This document shows, one piece after another, positions 21,761-57,354 of a stretch of 64,000 nt of DNA (position 1 is the stretch's first letter; the number at the start of each line of letters is the position of its first letter). The notes under the pieces are model-generated. The model was not told the DNA's origin and did not search any database. It saw only the letters and a list, made by a program, of their open reading frames with translations. The stretch lies in the NCBI RefSeq assembly GCF_021028975.2, contig NC_059439.1, forward strand, positions 30,752,001 to 30,816,000. Reading direction: 5' to 3'. Both the position numbers and the translations under genes were made by a program. The stretch comes from Sphaerodactylus townsendi (lineage: Eukaryota).

Positions 21761-23296
21761 ATCTAAGGCCTGCCCTTTATAAAAGGTTTCAGGGGATGAG
21801 GGTATTGGCCTAGAGGCCAGTGGTGGTGAACCTATGGCTGATGGGAATTGTAGTCCATGAACCTCTGGAGTGCCATAGGTTCGCCACCACTGGCCTACAG
21901 GTAAAGGCACAAGGTGAGTACTGCCCCTTGCTTTTGCTTGTCCTTAGGGGGCAACGTTGTGCCTTCAAAATCCTTGGCACGCCACTTCCTTGCACGGCTT
22001 TCCGACCAATTAGCGAAGCTAAGCTCCCGTCAGGTTTCGAACCCGCACCTCCTGCAACTGGAAGCAGGGCCGAAGCCTTCGCCATGAACCGTTTGGCAAC
22101 CCAACCAAACTTGGCTTCTTTTCATTGTTTTCTCTCAACCTCCTAGTCGTCAGGGAAGCCTGGCTTGGCAAATAAAACAAAATAAACTCCTTTTCCTTCC
22201 TGCCTTTTCCTCCTAGGCTAAACCCCCCCCCCCCCTCCTGATCGGGCTGTGTAAAAACTGTGCAAAAACCTGCAGTTGTCATCTGGCAAAGGGAAAGGCT
22301 GCCTTTCCACCTAAGGGCTCCGCAGCCCTGAATCCCAGATCTTTGCTTTCCTCTTCCTTGCTTCATTATTTTCCCCTGGCTGCGTTTGTTGCAACCCGTC
22401 CAGACCCACCGGCATCCGTGGGGGTGGAATCCATATTCCACACACTGTGCAAGAAGGCAAGCTTTAGGAGCCCGGTTGCGTAGGTTTGGCAAAGGCGCAC
22501 ACACCGCCATCCCTTGCTTTGCATTGTCAAGGGCAGGCAGGGAGACGACGACCAGGTTTCCCCCCCATTTGTTTCTGCAGCAGAGTCGACGTCTTGCTTT
22601 GGCAAGGCTAGGGAGGGAGCGACGGTGGGCCCTGGGCGATAAGCAGTCCTTGCAACGGGAGAACCCCAGAGGTGACTTTTTAAAGTGGGTGAATGGAGGG
22701 GGGTGGGGGCTTGCTTGCCTACAGGTCCTGCTGACTAGTTTCCAGGGAGCGGATTGCTTGGGGTGGGGGGGAGGGCAGACATCCTCTTGCAAGATCCCCG
22801 AGAGCCGGTGCCTTTTGGAGATGCGAAAGAACAGAAATCCCCCCCGTGCTTTGTGCATTGCCCAAAGCCAGCTTAGGTGGTCCCATCCTTTTGGCCAGCC
22901 CTAAGAGAGGGGACCAGAGGCCTGCAATCTAACCCGAACCGGTGTCTTGCTGCTTCATTTAAAAAATAGACATATATATTTTTAAGAAAGACCTCTATAG
23001 CATTTTTCCCCTCTTAAAAACGAGGCTCAGGTGTTGCAAAACAAGCCAGCGTGCAAAGATCTAGCCGGGCTTTGTCCCCCCCCGAGATCAACAGCGGCAT
23101 CTTTCTCCAATCCAATATATCATCTAGGTTTTCTTTCCAGAGGAGGGGACGCCAAAAAAATATATCAGCCCGAGCCTCTTGCAAAGGAATCCACTGCGTT
23201 TTCATTTGCAAAAGCTGACTCCACGGCTCCCTTGCCTGGCAGGAGAAGGAAATAGCCGGGCGAGGTATATTCTGCAGGTCGAGAACAAAATCCAAC

Positions 23297-46104
<22,808 letters not shown>

Positions 46105-47788
46105 AAGCTGTTAAAAAGAATCTGCATTCTTTCCCCATCCCGAGCGAGTTTGAGGAACAGTGACTGTGAACAATTCCTGTTTAGGAGGGAATAGCGGAAG
46201 GCGGTTTGCGGGGAGGGCTTAGGGGAAGGGGAGGGGGGAGAGGAGATTTCCACACTCCTTCACTCTACCCCGTACATCCAGCTTTCTCCCTCCCTCCCTC
46301 TGTTGCCGCCTCACTGTCTACTTTGGATGCTATTCGCATTCCCTCCCCCTGTAAATACCCTTTCAATGTGCCAAATGCGTTCACACACACACACAAACAC
46401 AAACACACTTTCTGCTTTATCTGTTTTATTTATCTTATTTATTAACCCACACCTCCTCCTCTTCCCTTCCCTCAGGTTTGTATTTCCGTAGCGGCTGAGG
46501 AAGAAGGAAAAGGTCGACGGTATTCGACCCCGTTCCGTTCTTCTTAGCCGTGCCCCCCCTCCCCCCTCCTTTTCCAAGGAGGCGGATATCACTTCTAGGT
46601 GCTGTCATTTTAAAATATATAGATATATATATCTTTATAGAGAAGGTTGTAAAATAACGAGAAAACCAGCATATGTGGCTTGTAGGAGCAATCCTACCGT
46701 AAAAAGCAAAAACAAAAAACATCCTAAAGCAGATGAAACCCAAGAAGAAGGGGGGAAAAAACAGGCAAGAGACCTAAATACAGGTAGACGCTATGATGAG
46801 GGAACCAAATTCATAACCCCAGTCCGGAACACGCTACAATGAAACGAGTCCCGTTGATTTCAGTAGGATTTTTTTCCCCGTGCAGGTAACATGAAATTGC
46901 AAAATAATAAGCTAGAGCCTCCCATAAAAAGCCAAGATGTTTCATTTAACAGGGAGTAAAGCAGGGTCAGAGCACAGGTGACTTCTAGGGTTGCCAACAG
47001 GCCTGGGGAAAATATATATCCTGTCCCTTCCATAGGGGCTTGATGCATGAAGAGGGCAGGTGAAGCTTTTCACAGCATGGAGGTAAATAACATCAATTAA
47101 TACATAGCATCCCATTAAGCCTCTTGGTTCCCCCTGCCTCCAGGTACGTTGGTAACCCTTGTGAGTGCCTTCTGACCTCACTATAATCTGGACTCGAAAA
47201 GGCCCCGCAACAGACCTATTGTTTCATTGTCTTATGTGAAAGAAGCCGGCGTACAAAACTCTTATGAGAGTTTTAGAGACATGAAGACAGTGTAACAGGA
47301 ACCAATCCTGCTATAATGGATTGTAAAGCAGGACTCTTGAAAAATTAAAGGGCACCATAATAGGACCTGTGCAACCCAATCCCACTGCATTCAGTAGGAC
47401 TTGTTTCCATTTAAATGTGCATAGAGTTGCAGCACTACTGACCAAGGGCTTTCTGATTACATCCTATCACTTTTCCTCCCAATTTCTGATTTGCCTCCCG
47501 TCCCTTAAAAAAGCAAGAAAAAGGTCAAGAGGGCCTGAAACTGTGTAGGGCTTGCAAAAAAAGAAGAGAATTTGCCCTCTAGAGGTAATCCCTTTAAGTG
47601 GGACCAGCCTGATCCTTGGAGCCTGTGTGAGGGTGCTGGGTTGTTTGCTTTGAGCAGCAAATGACTGCTTGCCCAGTTATATTTTTATCGGCATCAGGGC
47701 AATGTTTAGATTTTCCGGCTCAAGTTCTGACATTCCTTGGGTGCTCTCTGCTGTTAAATAAGAAAACATACCTTAGTGTTTTAAAGTA

Positions 47789-48560
47789 AGAATCATAAAG
47801 TTGGAAGGGACCCCAAGGGCCATCAAGTCCCACCCCCTGCAGTGCAGGAACACACAATCAGAGCACTCCTGACAGATGGCCACCCAGCCTCTTTTTAAAA
47901 ACCTCCAAAGAAGGGATCTCCACCTCACTCTGAAGCAGTGCATTCCACTGTCGAACAGCCCTTACTGTCAGGAAGGTTTTCCAGATGTTTCGGTGGAATC
48001 TCTTTTCCTTCCCCTTGGATCCATGACTCCTGGTCCTAGACCAGTGATGGCGAACCTTTTTGAGACCGAGTGCCCAAATTGCAACCCCAAACCCACTTAT
48101 TTATCACAAAGTGCCAATACGGCAATTTAACCTGAATACTGAGGTTTTAATTTAGAAAAAACGGTTGGCTCCGAGGTGCGCGTTACTCAGGAGTAAGCTT
48201 GGTGAAGCAACCATGCAACGCTTCAAATGGGTAAATCACGACCCTAGGAGGGTTTACTCAGCAGCAAGCCCCATTGCCAGCAACCGAGCTTACTCCCAGA
48301 ACAGGTAAAGGATTGTGCCCAGGCCAGCCTAGATGTGTGTGTATGGGGGGGTGATTTTCCGCCCCGCCCACATGATGAACTCTGGGAACACGTGCCCACA
48401 GAGAGGGCTCTGAGTGCCACCTCTGGCACCCGTGCCATAGGTTCGCCACCACTGTCCTAGACTCTGGAACAGCAGAAAACAAGCTTGCTCCCTCCCCAAC
48501 ATGACATCCCTTCAAATATCTAAATGTGGCTATCATGTCACCTCTCAACCTTCTCAACCT
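47789..48560 (-). mobile_element. CR1 LINE 3' fragment interrupted by a hAT
   Basis: RRLRGDMIATFRYLKG ORF2 remnant; CR1 tail at 47789. Confidence 0.85.
48042..48454. mobile_element. hAT, CAGTGRTGGCGAACCT family
   Basis: Perfect TSD TCCTAGAC. Confidence 0.88.
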
Positions 48561-48964
48561 TCAAGTCCTCTTCTCACGAATGTTGAAGGCTAGCTGGCAG
48601 GGCTCATTAAAAATATTTCCAAAAATTACTTCCAGTGTTCCCTAAAAATTAGGGCCCAATCCACCAGGAAGGTCTACACAGGATCCGTTGACCTGCTCTT
48701 GAGGAGCTGTTGTGAAGCCTCCACTGGCCGCTTTCCCGGTGGAGTTTCCCAGTTGTCGGATTCCTGAGCATGTGACGTCAGTTCTGAGCAAGCTGAAAGT
48801 TATTCCCTCCCGGGTCCAAAAAAAAGGCCTTTCAAAATCTAAATGAAGGATGAAATCAGATCCTGAACGACAGACATTTTCTGCAAAGAGTAAAACGCAG
48901 GAGGCCATTTTGTTATCAAGGATGTTCCTTTGATAATAAAAGATGGGAAAGTGAGGATTTAAGG

Positions 48965-49099
48965 CACAGGTGTCAAACCCGCGGCCCTCCAGATGTTATG
49001 GACTACAGTTCCCATGATCCCCTGCCAGCATCATGCTGGCAGGGGATGATGGGAACTGTAGTCCATAACATCTGGAGGGCCGCGGGTTTGACACCTGTG
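48965..49099. mobile_element. 135-bp palindromic hAT MITE
   Basis: 66-bp arms with one mismatch, 3-nt loop; TSD ATTTAAGG. Confidence 0.9.
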
Positions 49100-50175
49100 A
49101 TTTAAGGCATTCGTGTATAATGGCTAAAGTGCAGACGTTTCACTAAATTTTTTTGCCTCTTAAAAATAAGAAGCCTTTGAAATTCACAAATGTTTTCATT
49201 CAGGCTTTTAAGGACAATTGTGCCATTGACTGCTACTGATTTGCCACTTTTAAAGGAAAAAACCCCCACACCTGTGTATTTTCTCCCAACTATTTAGTAC
49301 ACTTACCAACAAAACAAACTTGGAGGCCTTGGGCTCCCCATGTCTCACAGTATCCCTCTAATGAAAAAAAAATCTCCACAGAAGATAATGTTGTTTTGTG
49401 TGGGAAATTGTGTCAATTCGGAGGCTGATTTTCTTTTAAAGGAGATGTCTTTGGCATATCCTGTTACCAGGAAGATAACATATGCACTTAAGTATTTTGT
49501 GGATTAAATGCAGAAGGACATTTGCAAACATGACAGGAGGGATTTCCCTTTAAACAACAGCTAGAAGGTCTCCCTTTATCACTTGGATCCCCTTCAAGGA
49601 CATTTTGCTGGGGTGGAGCTGTTTGCCAAGATTCTTTCCTTTCAGTCTGCTTTGGCTTTTTAAAAGAGGCTGCAGAACTTCACAGTGCCAAAAGAACCTT
49701 TACAGAAATTTAGGGCTGAGAAAAGACTTCCATTTTATCCCTTAAATATACTCTCCACAAGCATATGAGAGAACCCTGATGGGAAAATAAGTCAGAAGGT
49801 CTGAAGAACATGTCCCCTGTGGTCTCTGTTTAGCCCACTCCCCTTCCTACAGGAATATTACCCCTCCCACCCTACACAGACATAAGGGTCTCTTTCCCAC
49901 TTCTCCGTTATCACTTGCTGATTGTCCAATCCACCCCTTCCCAAAGGCTGTTCTCTTGCATTTTGGAAAAAGGCAAAAGGATTACCCCCCGCCCCCCCTG
50001 CCAGACTATTCTGTCTCCCTGCTAGTCTCATTCATGCTGGGAAAGATCATGTGAGGGATATTTTCAAGGGAAATGGAATTTTCTGGGAAATGCTGCCCTT
50101 TGCAATCTCGTACCCCTAACTTTTCAGCCCTTGGGTATTTATTTATTTTTTGGTCATTTGCTTTTATTTTGGAGC

Positions 50176-50185
50176 AATAAATAAA
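50176..50185 (+). terminator. Candidate distal SEZ6L2 polyadenylation signal
   Basis: Overlapping AATAAATAAA after a U-rich tract and before GT-rich sequence; implies a 3' UTR of about 4 kb. Confidence 0.45.
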
Positions 50186-50885
50186 ACCGCACCATTTGTA
50201 AAAGCTGTGGCATCTGCGTCTCTGTGCTGCAAAGGGTGGGGGGGAGGGAAGAGAGAAAGAGCGTTTGTGTGTCTTTGTGAAACTCAAAACCTATTTCACA
50301 GAGAATCTTCGGTTTCTGTACTGAGCCAGTATCCTGTCGCTTCCCATCATCACACCAGAAATTGGACAGAGGGGTCAGGATGAGGGAAAAGTCAAACTGC
50401 CTGTCCTGTTCCTGGCCCTATAATATGATGCATTTATTTCACTTCCCTGCTAAGTACATAATGCCCCTTGCTGGACACAGTAAAATAAAAAAATAAAGTG
50501 TCATAACAGTTGTAGTAAGAGCCAGCTGAAAAATCATAAGCGAGTAAAACAGCTTTGGATTGAGTGAGGCTCGTCCCCAAATGTTTTCTGAAACCACACT
50601 TTAGCAACAAAACTGAAAACTTGGAGAAGGGGACAATGAGCCTTTTATAACCTGGATGTTAATTTTTGACCAGGTCTGCCCTCACCAGGAAAGGCCGCGG
50701 CTGTTGACAAAGTTGAAAATTCAGCTGTCCAGTAACTGGGCTCTATCTGGCTCCAACAGCGCATCTGTTGCTACCGAACTTTCTCCAGCCTGAAATAACT
50801 GCCTTTTGGATTTGGGGTTCGCTCGTTGATCACAGAAGCCACAAACCACTTGTCAGACTCTGCACATGTACATTTTATTTTATTA

Positions 50886-51187
50886 GAAGAAGAAGAAGAG
50901 TTTGGATTTATATCCCCCCTTTCTCTCCTGTAGGAGACTCAAAGGGGCTGACAGTCTCCTTGCCCTTCCCCCCTCACAACAAACACCCTGTCAGGTGGGT
51001 GGGGCTGAGAGAGCTCGGAGAAGCTGTGACTAGCCCAAGGTCACCCAGCTGGTGTTTGTGGGAGTGCACAGGCTAATCTGAATTCCCCAGATAAGCCTCC
51101 ACAGCTCAGGCGGCAGAGCTGGGAATCAAACCTGGTTCCTCCAGATTAGATACACGAGCTCTTAACCTCCTACGCCACTGCTGCTCC
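50886..51187 (-). mobile_element. Squam3-like SINE
   Basis: Full-length. Confidence 0.88.
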
Positions 51188-52216
51188 TAGTTAAAATATT
51201 AGTTAAAATATTTTTACCTCACCTTTCCTCTTGGCTTAGGGTTGACTAGATCTTTTTCCTGACAAGATCCCTGGACCTTTAATGAATGCCTGTGGATCAC
51301 TTTTGTCAGAGAACACTGTCCCTGCCATTTTATTTTGTGGAAGAGCCCCATCAGAGATTGTATTCAGGATTGGGGAGGGTGACAATTCAGCTATTATTTT
51401 TTGGTCTTCTCTTCCCTGGATCATAGCTGCCTATTAAGGTTGAATTTTAGAAATATCTCAGGCTATCTATGGCAGTAGTATTCTTTTCTTGCTGAATTTG
51501 CAAGTTAGAACTGGCAGTTCATCCATTTTTCAACTGTCCATGGACTCTGTTGCATAGAGCTATTATAATCTTGGACAGTTAGCTGAAACAATGACAGGAA
51601 AAAATGATTACTGGGTTTTAAATAGAGGTTAAGAGTTGAGATTGGCCTTATCTTGCGGTATCTGATGTAACATGCTGATTGGCTTATGTGCACATTCCTT
51701 ACAAACCAATCAGTTATCTGAGTATGATCCCGTAACTAGAATAGTTCAGATTTAGAGAAAGAGAAGATTTATATATTTTTTCTATAAATATGCACTTATG
51801 TGGCAAGCAAACCAGATTTCTCTGGATGGAAGTCTCAGAAGAAGAATAGATAACTGGGCGGTTGTTTGCTGGGAAAATCAAACATTTCTCAAGGTTGGTG
51901 CTTTCAAGGTTGAATTCAATTGTCAAGGGATCCAGACTTCTGTTCTTTGAGATATCTTCAAATGCCAGTCACGTGTTCTTAAGTGTTCTTTTTATCTTAA
52001 GACCCACCAAAAGGTCATAGGTCAGTGAGCAAGCTTTTAAGTTTCCTAGATGTTTTCCCCCCTCAGGTGAGATAAAAGCCTTTATACTAGTAATTATGGT
52101 AGGGTTATTGCTGGGGAATCTGTTTACTCCAGTGCATCTGGTGACCCTGGCAGCATCTTATCTGTTATGTGCAAACAGCCACAGTTCATCTGAACCATTA
52201 GATTAGCATTCCGCAT

Positions 52217-52635
52217 TCTTTTTATCCCCTTTTCAACATAAAGATGACAGATTTGTGAATTCCTCCGCCATTCTTGGACCATCTTTGTTCTAGAATGCTC
52301 TGCTTGGGTCTTGGTGCCTGGTTCTGTCCCCAAGGTACTAGGACCAGTGGTGGGATCCAAAAATTTTAATAACAGTTTCCGAAGGTGGTGGGATTCAAAC
52401 AGCGCCGCCGCCGCACACACGCACCTCCAGTCCCTATTGGGCAGGGAGGTTGCTTTAGTAACCCCTTCTCGGCACTCAGAAAAAAAATTAGTAACCGCTT
52501 CTAGAGAAGTGGTGAGAACTGGTTGGATCCCACCTCTGACTAGGACCCAAGTGGAGCATTCTAGAAGACAGTCCAGGAAATGGCGGACGAAGTCACAAAT
52601 CTGTCATCTTTATGTTGAAAAAGGTACAAAAAGAG
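52217..52635. repeat. Long inverted repeat (about 100-bp arms) with a hAT near its apex
   Basis: TTTTCAACATAAAGATGACAGATTTGTGA... mirrored by ...TCACAAATCTGTCATCTTTATGTTGAAAA. Confidence 0.85.
52345..52538. mobile_element. Short hAT, CAGWGGTGGGATCCA family
   Basis: Perfect TSD ACTAGGAC. Confidence 0.85.
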
Positions 52636-53165
52636 GAAGCTCTTCAGCTTGCAAAATACGATAAAGCTTTCCCAGGAAGGGGAAAAGGGCAGGGATCTGG
52701 CATGCTGAGTCATGCTCAGTGTAATAAGCGAAACACAAGCGCGCAGCAATTTATTCTCTATGGGTCATTCCTGTTCACTTGTTTGAAGCTCCTGGTTGCA
52801 TCGTGCACACAAGCAGGTGGGACCCTGTTGCACAACCTTTTAACTGCGTGAAAATTCCTGTCTGATCTGAATATTCCTAAAAGGCAGCTGATTCTGCAGG
52901 GAAAGAAGTCATCTGTTTACCTACAGTTATGAAGAAGTAAAACAGCTTGCCTCATCTCTTTCATAACGTGTGTGCTTGGAGGAGCAGGGGAGGGTGTGGA
53001 GACTGCTAAATAAGGTTTAGCCCAGCATTCTTAAGCGTAAGGCTGTGTCACTGACAATCCAGACCTAGTTAATTCATGCCATGGTACATTCCCTATTCAC
53101 TACATAAGGTTGTGAAAGCTGGACAGTGAAGAAAGCTAACAGGAAGAAAGCAGATCCCTTTGAAA

Positions 53166-53673
53166 CAGAGGCGTACCTGGGGTAAATGGCGCCCGGAGAC
53201 AAATTGTCTCCAGGATGCCCCCCAGGCTCTGCCCCTCCCCCCCGCCCCAGGCTCCGCCCCCCACTGCCCTCAACCCCACCCATGTCACCATGGACATGGT
53301 AAGGTCTAGGGTGCCCACCTCTCCCCAGACTCCCCCTGCTGGCTGGGCTCCCAGCTGGCAGCCTGCAGTCTCTTCTGACCCCCCCCCCCTCCGGGCAGGC
53401 CAGAAGAGACTTCAGTCCTGGCCTCGGAGACCTTCTTTTATAAGCACTGAGGCCGGGGGTGGGCCTTGGGGAGCAGGAAGGGGTGGGCTGAGGGTGCTTG
53501 GAGGCAGAGGAAGTCCTGCTGTCTCGTCATTTTTTCGTGCCTCGGATGGGGTCGAGGCATGCGAAACAGCAGGACTTCCTGGTCACGTGGGGGGGCTGAT
53601 TTTGCGCCCCCCCCACGTGACCAGAAGAGTGGCGCCCAGGGGTACCCCTTTTCCCTTGGCAGATACGCCACTG
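53166..53673. mobile_element. hAT (Tip100-like termini CAGWGGCGTAYCT)
   Basis: Perfect TSD CTTTGAAA. Confidence 0.8.
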
Positions 53674-53689
53674 CTTTGAAATATATATT

Positions 53690-53886
53690 TTGAAGGCTTT
53701 CATGGCTGGAATCATTTGGGTGTTGTGGGTTTTCCGGGTTGTATGGCCGTGTTCTAGTAGCATTTTCTCCTGATGTTTCTCCTGCATCTGTGTTCCTCTG
53801 AAGGTGCCAGCCACAGATGCAGGCGAAACGTCAGGAGAAAATGCTACTGGAACATGGCCATACAACCTGGAAAAACCACAACACCC
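53690..53886. mobile_element. Penelope-like inverted pair
   Basis: Arms as in the 15130 copy; hammerhead-like motif 53795-53835 with GTC triplet but CTGAAGG core. Confidence 0.7.
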
Positions 53887-53944
53887 TTTGAAATATTTTG
53901 GAGGACAGTGTTACGGATTCTGTGAACTGCTCCTCCCCCACAAC

Positions 53945-54235
53945 AAGATAAAATCAAGCCTAAATTGTGTCTACAAGCTAAAATGACTAAACTGAGCATA
54001 TTGTCCTTGGGTCATATCATGAGAAGACGAGTCACTGCAAAAGACAATAATGTTAGGAAAATGGAAGGTAGCAAGAAAAGTGGAAGCACCAATATGAGAT
54101 CAATTGATCCTGTAATGGAAGCCACGGCCCACAGTCTGCAAGACCGGAGCAAGGCTGTTAATAACAGGATGTTTGGGAGGTCACTGATTCACAGGGTTGC
54201 CGTGAGTCTGAAATGACTTGAGGATGCTTTACACA
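53945..54235 (+). mobile_element. RTE-clade (BovB-like) LINE 3' fragment
   Basis: GHIMRR...MEGSKKSG..NMR.ID ORF remnant and CACAGGGTTGCCGTGAGTC 3' end. Confidence 0.75.
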
Positions 54236-54380
54236 CGCACAGAGCTCTGCATCTTGCTTCCAGCAACAGACAGCTGGGCAGTTCCAGGAACACTGCAGGC
54301 AAGAAATCAAGGCTCCATCCCAAGTGTCTGATATTCAGTGGTACACTGCCTCTGACCATGGAGGGGCTCTAAAGTTGGAA

Positions 54381-54678
54381 CAGCAGTGGCGTAGGAGGTT
54401 AAGAGCTTGTGTATCTAATCTGGAGGAACCGGGTTTGATTCCCAGCTCTGCCGCCTGAGCTGTGGAGGCTTATCTGGGGAATTCAGATTAGCCTGTACAC
54501 TCCCACACGTGCCAGCTGGGTGACCTTGGGCTAGTCACAGCTTCTTGGAGCTCTCTCGGCCCCACCTACCTCACAGGGTGTCTGTTGTGAGGGGGGAAGG
54601 GCAAGGAGATTGTAAGCCCCTTTGAGTCTCCTGCAGGAGAGAAAGGGGGGATATAAATCCAAACTCTTCTTCTTCTTC
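54381..54678 (+). mobile_element. Squam3-like SINE
   Basis: Full-length. Confidence 0.88.
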
Positions 54679-55254
54679 ATGACTTAAATAGGCCAGCCTT
54701 TCTCTTCAGAGGGGAAAAAATGAACGGGTAAGGAAAGAATATTAGCGAAGACAGCTCTCTCCCCACCTCAGTCCCCAGTAAAGTGGGTTACTTGGTTCAG
54801 AATAATGTCTTGTCTTGCACCCCCGCCCCCAGGATACGACTAAATGCTGACGTTCTTTCTGTTTCTTCCTCTTGCCTTTGCCCTGTCCCAACTTCACCTC
54901 TGGGATCCCCAAACTTCCGCACTTCCAGTCAGGTCTCCTCTCCTGTAATAACTTTGTGCTAATTAACCCCCCAGAAGGGCTGGAAGCTTGGCACCTTTGC
55001 TGTGACTCACAAATGTTCTTCACACCTTCCCTGCAAGAGCCAGAGAGTGGGGGGGGAAAGAAGGTGGGGTGAGACTGTGACGCGCATAGTGAGGGGGAGA
55101 CTCCCTCGGGGGCCAGAGCACCCCCGAAACAGCGACCCAGAAGGATCTCCCAGTGGGCAACACTGCTCCTGAGAGTGCCAACTCAGTACCATAATGAATA
55201 ATAACTGGGGGTGGTGGTGGTGGAGAGAAAATGACGCTCCCCTTTAAAATGTAC

Positions 55255-55515
55255 ATGTGCAGAGTGCCTTCAAGTCACAGCCGACTTCTGGCAACCCTGA
55301 TTCTCAAGGCAAGAGACTGGCAGAGGTAGTTTGCCATTGCCCGGCTCTGCATACGCACCCTGGTTTTCACTGGGGTCTCCCATCCAAATTATTTTTCTTG
55401 GGGGCCTCTCATCCAAATGGTTTTTCTGGAGGGGGGTCTCCCCCAATACCAGCCAGGGCCGACCTGTTTGAGATGCTCAGATCCGAGGAGATCAGGCTTA
55501 CCTGGGTCATCCAGG
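55255..55515 (-). mobile_element. Decayed 5S-rRNA-derived SINE with Sauria/RTE-like tail
   Basis: Minus strand GCCTGATCTC...GGTCGGCCCTGG...TTGGATGGGAGACC resembles 5S; short relative at about 45652-45689. Confidence 0.5.
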
Positions 55516-55579
55516 TCACCTCTCTGTCAAAATATGCCCCCCCCTAATTTTCTGAACCCCATCTAAGGTCTCCAGGATC

Positions 55580-56310
55580 ACCCACCCCCTCTTTGCTTGA
55601 AGGGAATCTGCACCGGAAGCGGAGGAGGGGGGGAAACCCGGGGCTGTTCACTCCCTCCCCCGCCTCCTCCTCCTCCTCCTCCTCCTCCCCTTTCACGCGC
55701 GGCGGCTTGTGTCAGCGGCGCTGACGCCAGCATCCTCCCCCGCATCCCGTCGCCATGGCAACCCTTTGTTACCTCCGACGCTCGAGTGGTCCAGCCCGGG
55801 AGGGGGCCGGCCGGAGAGGTATATAGGCAACGCTGGGGGGGAGCCAAGGAAGGCAACTCCGGATCCCCACCCAGGAGGAGGAAGGAAGGCCAGGATCGCG
55901 GGCCAGCCAGGCGAGGATCGGGGCCGGGAGAGCAGACCCGCTCCTTATTGATTGACCTTGATGGTGGCGATAGATGCGCATTATAAAAAAAGCGAGATCC
56001 GTCTGGAAGGACTGCGCTGCACCCGAGCCCGGACGGAGGCACTGAGATCCTCCTCCCCTCTCCGGCCTCGGCCTCTTCCCTCCAGGCAGGAGGCGGCCCC
56101 TGAGGATCATTTTCTCTCTGCACAGAGGAACAGGAACTTGGGAGAGCAGTTTGCAGCACAGCCTTTGCTGGAGGGCGGCGAGCAACTGACCGGTAATGGC
56201 TTCCTTCTGTAAAGTTTTGGGGTGGTTGGGCAGCCGGTTTGGGAGGCCCGCGCCCGGATCTGGAAGCGGGGAAGGTTGGAGAAAACGAGGAGGAATGGGC
56301 GCACTTGGAA
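55580..56310 (+). promoter_or_regulatory. CpG island, probable promoter / non-coding exon 1 of the DUSP14-like gene
   Basis: CpG-rich; ETS CCGGAAG about 55613; X-box GTCGCCATGGCAAC 55749-55762; the nearest downstream plus-strand gene has an acceptor-preceded ATG. Confidence 0.65.
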
Positions 56311-57168
56311 GAGGAAGACTTTGAGTAACTTTGGGGTGGTTCTGTATGTTAAGAATACCTGAGGAGTTTTATGGCAGGTGGGAAATGTGCTTTTGGGGAG
56401 GGGGCAAGGAAATGTGAATTAGTGGTGTTGGGCCCATGTGGAAAGCTTAAAGGGGGCACATGGGATCAGGGACTTGGAGCCAGGCTTGGCAGCGCGCGGG
56501 TGCGAAATCTCACATTTTTGCACCCAGTTAATTAATCCAATATAAGCGCCACACCCTTCGCTCTGCATTTATAAGTTACCAAAGGTGGGTCGGAGTGCCA
56601 ATTCTATGCACGGAAACATGACTCAGGATAAAATTCGCCCTACGGGGCTTTGTTTCGCTGTACTGGGGTTAACTCTTGAGCACATTACTTTTGTGGCAAA
56701 GGTGATTTGAAATTCAACTTAAAAAAACAATAACAGGGTTTAGAGGCAGGGTGTAGAAATGAGGCACGAAGAGGTGGTTTGTCCTTTCCTGAGAAGTGGG
56801 GGGCAAACATTCATTTCTTTCTAGACAGATCTGGAGTTCAATAGGGAAGGAACAGTTGTTCCGAAAGTTAAAGGGAGAAGAGAGGGTGTGTTAAAGGATG
56901 AACATTTGAAGGGGAATGGTATATGCAGCCAGGCAGGTTGGAAGTGTTAAATGGGAAATAGTCTATCTGAGCTGCAGAAATTTGGGGAACAGGGACGAGG
57001 CAGTGTTTATAAGTGGCACACAAGGGAGGTTTGTAAGGGATGTGATTTCAATGCACGCCAGAGGAAATGTGAGGCCAAAGGAGGTTGAAAGTGATGAGAC
57101 AGTAGAGTAGATGGAGGCAGAACTTTTGGTTCAGCATTCCTAGAGAGGCAACCAGACTGGACCTAGAG

Positions 57169-57354
57169 CAGTGGTTCTCAACCTTCATAATGCCACGATC
57201 CTTTAATACAGTTCCTCATGTTGTGGTGACCCCCAACCCTAACATTTGTCCATTTTACAGAGGGAGAACACTGATGCAGAGAGTCTTAGGCGACCCCTGT
57301 GAAAGGGTCGTTCGACCCCCAAAGGGGTCCTGACCCCCAGGTTGAGAACCACTG
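57169..57354. mobile_element. SPIN/URR1-like hAT MITE (opposite orientation to the 2425 copy)
   Basis: CAGTGGTTCTCAACCTTC...TTTAATACAGTTCCTCATGTTGTGGTGACCCCCAACC...GGCGACCCCTGTGAAAGGGTCGTTCGACCCCC; perfect TSD ACCTAGAG. Confidence 0.88.

Noticed and set aside
22019-22858. 279-aa minus-strand ORF between ASPHD1 and SEZ6L2
   Set aside because: No recognisable domain or coding-like composition; lies in promoter/leader DNA. Not excluded without expression data.
55370-55515. 5S rRNA gene
   Set aside because: Fragmentary, diverged and fused to a SINE body.
55578-56185. Overlapping 129-193 aa ORFs
   Set aside because: Expected in a GC-rich CpG island; low complexity, no homology recognised.
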